Below are positions 63,986 through 64,000 of a DNA stretch of 64,000 bases, piece by piece. The notes below the pieces were generated by a model. That model made no database searches, had not been told where the DNA came from, and was given only the letters and a program-made list of their open reading frames with translations. The stretch spans positions 21,454,001 through 21,518,000 of the forward strand of contig CM075988.1 in assembly GCA_038087875.1 (NCBI GenBank). The letters are read 5' to 3'. Within the stretch, counting starts at the first letter, position 1, and the number at the start of each line of letters is the position of its first letter. This DNA comes from Malacoraja senta (lineage: Eukaryota). Both the position numbers and the translations under genes were made by a program.

Positions 63986-64000
63986 CATTGCTGTTATATC

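Overview
Repeat-saturated, apparently gene-free vertebrate DNA (intergenic or intronic). The repeat complement points to an elasmobranch (skate/ray/shark); this is an inference. No host protein-coding exon could be supported, and essentially all listed ORFs are transposon fragments. Contents: (1) dozens of tRNA-derived HE1-type V-SINEs; (2) many 5'-truncated CR1-clade LINEs of several subfamilies; (3) Rex1/Babar LINE ends; (4) one young L1-clade insertion with a perfect 15-bp TSD; (5) Penelope-like element 3' ends (GIY-YIG C-terminus) and very numerous short palindromic derivatives carrying a hammerhead-ribozyme core motif; (6) eleven GC-rich PIF/Harbinger-like MITE insertions (one cut by the gap) of six internal types sharing a TGTCYCAC terminal core; (7) one 8-bp-TSD MITE; (8) a 200-N assembly gap. 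Most interesting: the hammerhead-bearing mini-retroposons, the recurrent discordant TAA/TTA flanks of the MITEs, and fold-back duplications at palindromic elements. Repeat boundaries are approximate unless a TSD is given.
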